DNA from: Tubiluchus corallicola
Lineage: Eukaryota > Animalia > Priapulida
DNA: 64,000 bases
Direction: 5' to 3'
Assembly (NCBI GenBank): GCA_030141605.1
Contig: JAQGDQ010000516.1
Span: 93,160-157,159, forward strand
Notes under the pieces: model-generated
What the model was told of the DNA's origin: nothing
Databases searched by the model: none
What the model saw: only the letters and a program-made list of their open reading frames with translations
Made by a program: the position numbers and the translations under genes
Shown: piece by piece, positions 62,354-64,000 of the stretch
Layout: the number at the start of each line of letters is the position of its first letter
How positions within the stretch are numbered: position 1 is the first letter of the stretch

Positions 62354-64000
62354 ATGCCAGTTAGGCACCCTTGCAATAAATGTGCTAGACCCTGTAAATA
62401 TAATGAAAATTCTATTAACTGTGATAATTGTTATCAGTGGACCCATTTAAGGTGCACTGCTCTGACAATTAACCAATTCAATATACTAGGAAGTAATAAT
62501 GATATTTATTATTGTATTAAATGCTTAAATGATATTTTCCCCTTCCAGGAACAAGAGAATGAGGATATACAAGAATTTTTTAGAATAGATGTATCCATGT
62601 CAACTCTGACTAGTCTACCTTCTTTGCGTGAGTTTTCTACTTTTACTAACTTTTCCACTAATAATAATGATCCTGATAACTTTCTTCCTTATCAAGAAAG
62701 TAATTATTATAAACTGTCAACTCTATCTAGTCAAGATGACTTAGCAAATACCAGTAAGGATTTCACTTTTGTGCATTTTAATGTCAGTAGTATAAACAAA
62801 AATTACACTAGTATGTTAGACGTTCTTTTACACTTTCAAAACCCTCCTGACATTATAGCATTAAGTGAAACCCGTTTAAAAAAAGATCATATTTTTCTCA
62901 CACCCTTACATGGGTATCAATTTATTCGTGACGATTCTACAACCAATGCAGGTGGTGTGGGATTGTATATCAGAAACTCTGTAATTTTTTCAGAAATGCC
63001 TAAATACAAAATACACAACTCAGACTGTAAAAATGGCTCCACAAACCGTATGCAACTGGAGAATATGTGGATTGAAATAGAAACTTCACCCAACATCAAA
63101 AACATTTTATTTGGAGTCATCTACAGGCACCCAAATACTAACCTTGAAGAATTTCATGAAGAACTAGAAAGCAAATTATCCTTAATTAACAGAACTAACA
63201 AATTTTGCTATATATGCGGTGACATAAATATTAACTTACTACATAGTGACAGCAAAACCTCAGTGACAAATTATACAAACATGTTATTCTCTAAGAATTT
63301 TGTGCCAATTATAACTAAACCAACAAGAATAACTCATCACACTAATACACTCATTGATCATATTTATACAAATGACCTCACCAACCACGTAACACCTGGA
63401 ATTTTGCTTTATCAAGTAGCCGACCATCTTCCTATATTTGCAATTATAAAGCATACTAAACTGAAAATGAAATCCAACAAAATCACCACAAGAAATTTTA
63501 AAAATTCAACTGAACAAAATTTTTTAAATAACCTGCAGCTAGAATTAGCCAAAATAAATTTTAATGACTTGGAAACTAATGAGGGATTTAGCAAATTTAA
63601 TGAAATACTCTTCAATGTGTTTTATAATCATTTTCCTTTGCAAACTCTGTCTAGGAAAGACACTATTACATTTCAAAAACCATGGATCACTAAAGGAATT
63701 TTAAATAGTATTAAAACCAGATCACGTCTTTACAAATCACACAAACTCTCAAATAATTTATACAAACAAATCTATTACAAATCCTACTCAAATAAATTAA
63801 ATCATGTCAAAGAATCATCAAAAAAACAATATTACACTGAAACATTGCAAAAACACAAGAATAACATGAAAAAAACTTGGGAAACAATAAACAGTATTAT
63901 AAAAACTGATCCAAAAACACGACAAACACCAAGTAAGTTAACAATAAATAATGTGGACTATACAGATACATATGATATTGCCAGTAAACTAAATGAGTTT
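62354..64000 (+). CDS. LINE ORF2, N-terminal part: PHD finger and apurinic endonuclease (runs off window)
   Basis: MPVRHPCNKC...CDNCYQWTHLRC...YYCIKC; then HFNVSS, DIIALSET, GGVGLYI, GVIYRHP, CGDININLL, PTR...TLIDHIY, DHLPIF, KPWIT. Confidence 0.92.
   Translation, partial: MPVRHPCNKCARPCKYNENSINCDNCYQWTHLRCTALTINQFNILGSNNDIYYCIKCLNDIFPFQEQENEDIQEFFRIDVSMSTLTSLPSLREFSTFTNFSTNNNDPDNFLPYQESNYYKLSTLSSQDDLANTSKDFTFVHFNVSSINKNYTSMLDVLLHFQNPPDIIALSETRLKKDHIFLTPLHGYQFIRDDSTTNAGGVGLYIRNSVIFSEMPKYKIHNSDCKNGSTNRMQLENMWIEIETSPNIKNILFGVIYRHPNTNLEEFHEELESKLSLINRTNKFCYICGDININLLHSDSKTSVTNYTNMLFSKNFVPIITKPTRITHHTNTLIDHIYTNDLTNHVTPGILLYQVADHLPIFAIIKHTKLKMKSNKITTRNFKNSTEQNFLNNLQLELAKINFNDLETNEGFSKFNEILFNVFYNHFPLQTLSRKDTITFQKPWITKGILNSIKTRSRLYKSHKLSNNLYKQIYYKSYSNKLNHVKESSKKQYYTETLQKHKNNMKKTWETINSIIKTDPKTRQTPSKLTINNVDYTDTYDIASKLNEF

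Larger units (their letters stand above)
61260..64000 (+). mobile_element. Apparently intact CR1/L2-group LINE inserted antisense in an ETFDH intron (5' boundary approximate; continues past window)
   Basis: Two tandem ORFs separated by 25 nt, with no stops seen in either. Confidence 0.9.

Noticed and set aside
1-64000. CRISPR arrays, rRNA, prokaryotic operons
   Set aside because: No repeat-spacer arrays or rRNA signatures; the sequence is intron-containing eukaryotic DNA

Overview
AT-rich eukaryotic (invertebrate metazoan-like) genomic DNA with GT-AG spliceosomal introns. I reconstructed exon chains by hand, with consistent splice phases, for: APOO/MIC26-27 (+), the 14-exon NRPS-like AASDH/ACSF4 (-), AKAP17A (+), PGRMC (-), single-exon RPP38 (+, head-to-head with PGRMC), a short PRR15/PRR15L-like ORF (+) and the last 8 coding exons of ETFDH (-). 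An ETFDH intron contains an apparently intact CR1/L2-group LINE (ORF1, then ORF2 with PHD finger and APE) that runs off the window. Introns and intergenic DNA carry decayed LINE pieces, pogo/Tc1-, hAT- and piggyBac-type MITEs, tandem duplications and microsatellites. Two observations are not visible in the ORF track. First, a complete gene for a secreted 95-aa single-VWC-domain protein is nested antisense in an AASDH intron. Second, several fold-back elements have arms carrying Penelope-type minimal hammerhead ribozyme motifs. All homology calls are from remembered motifs; no database search was run.
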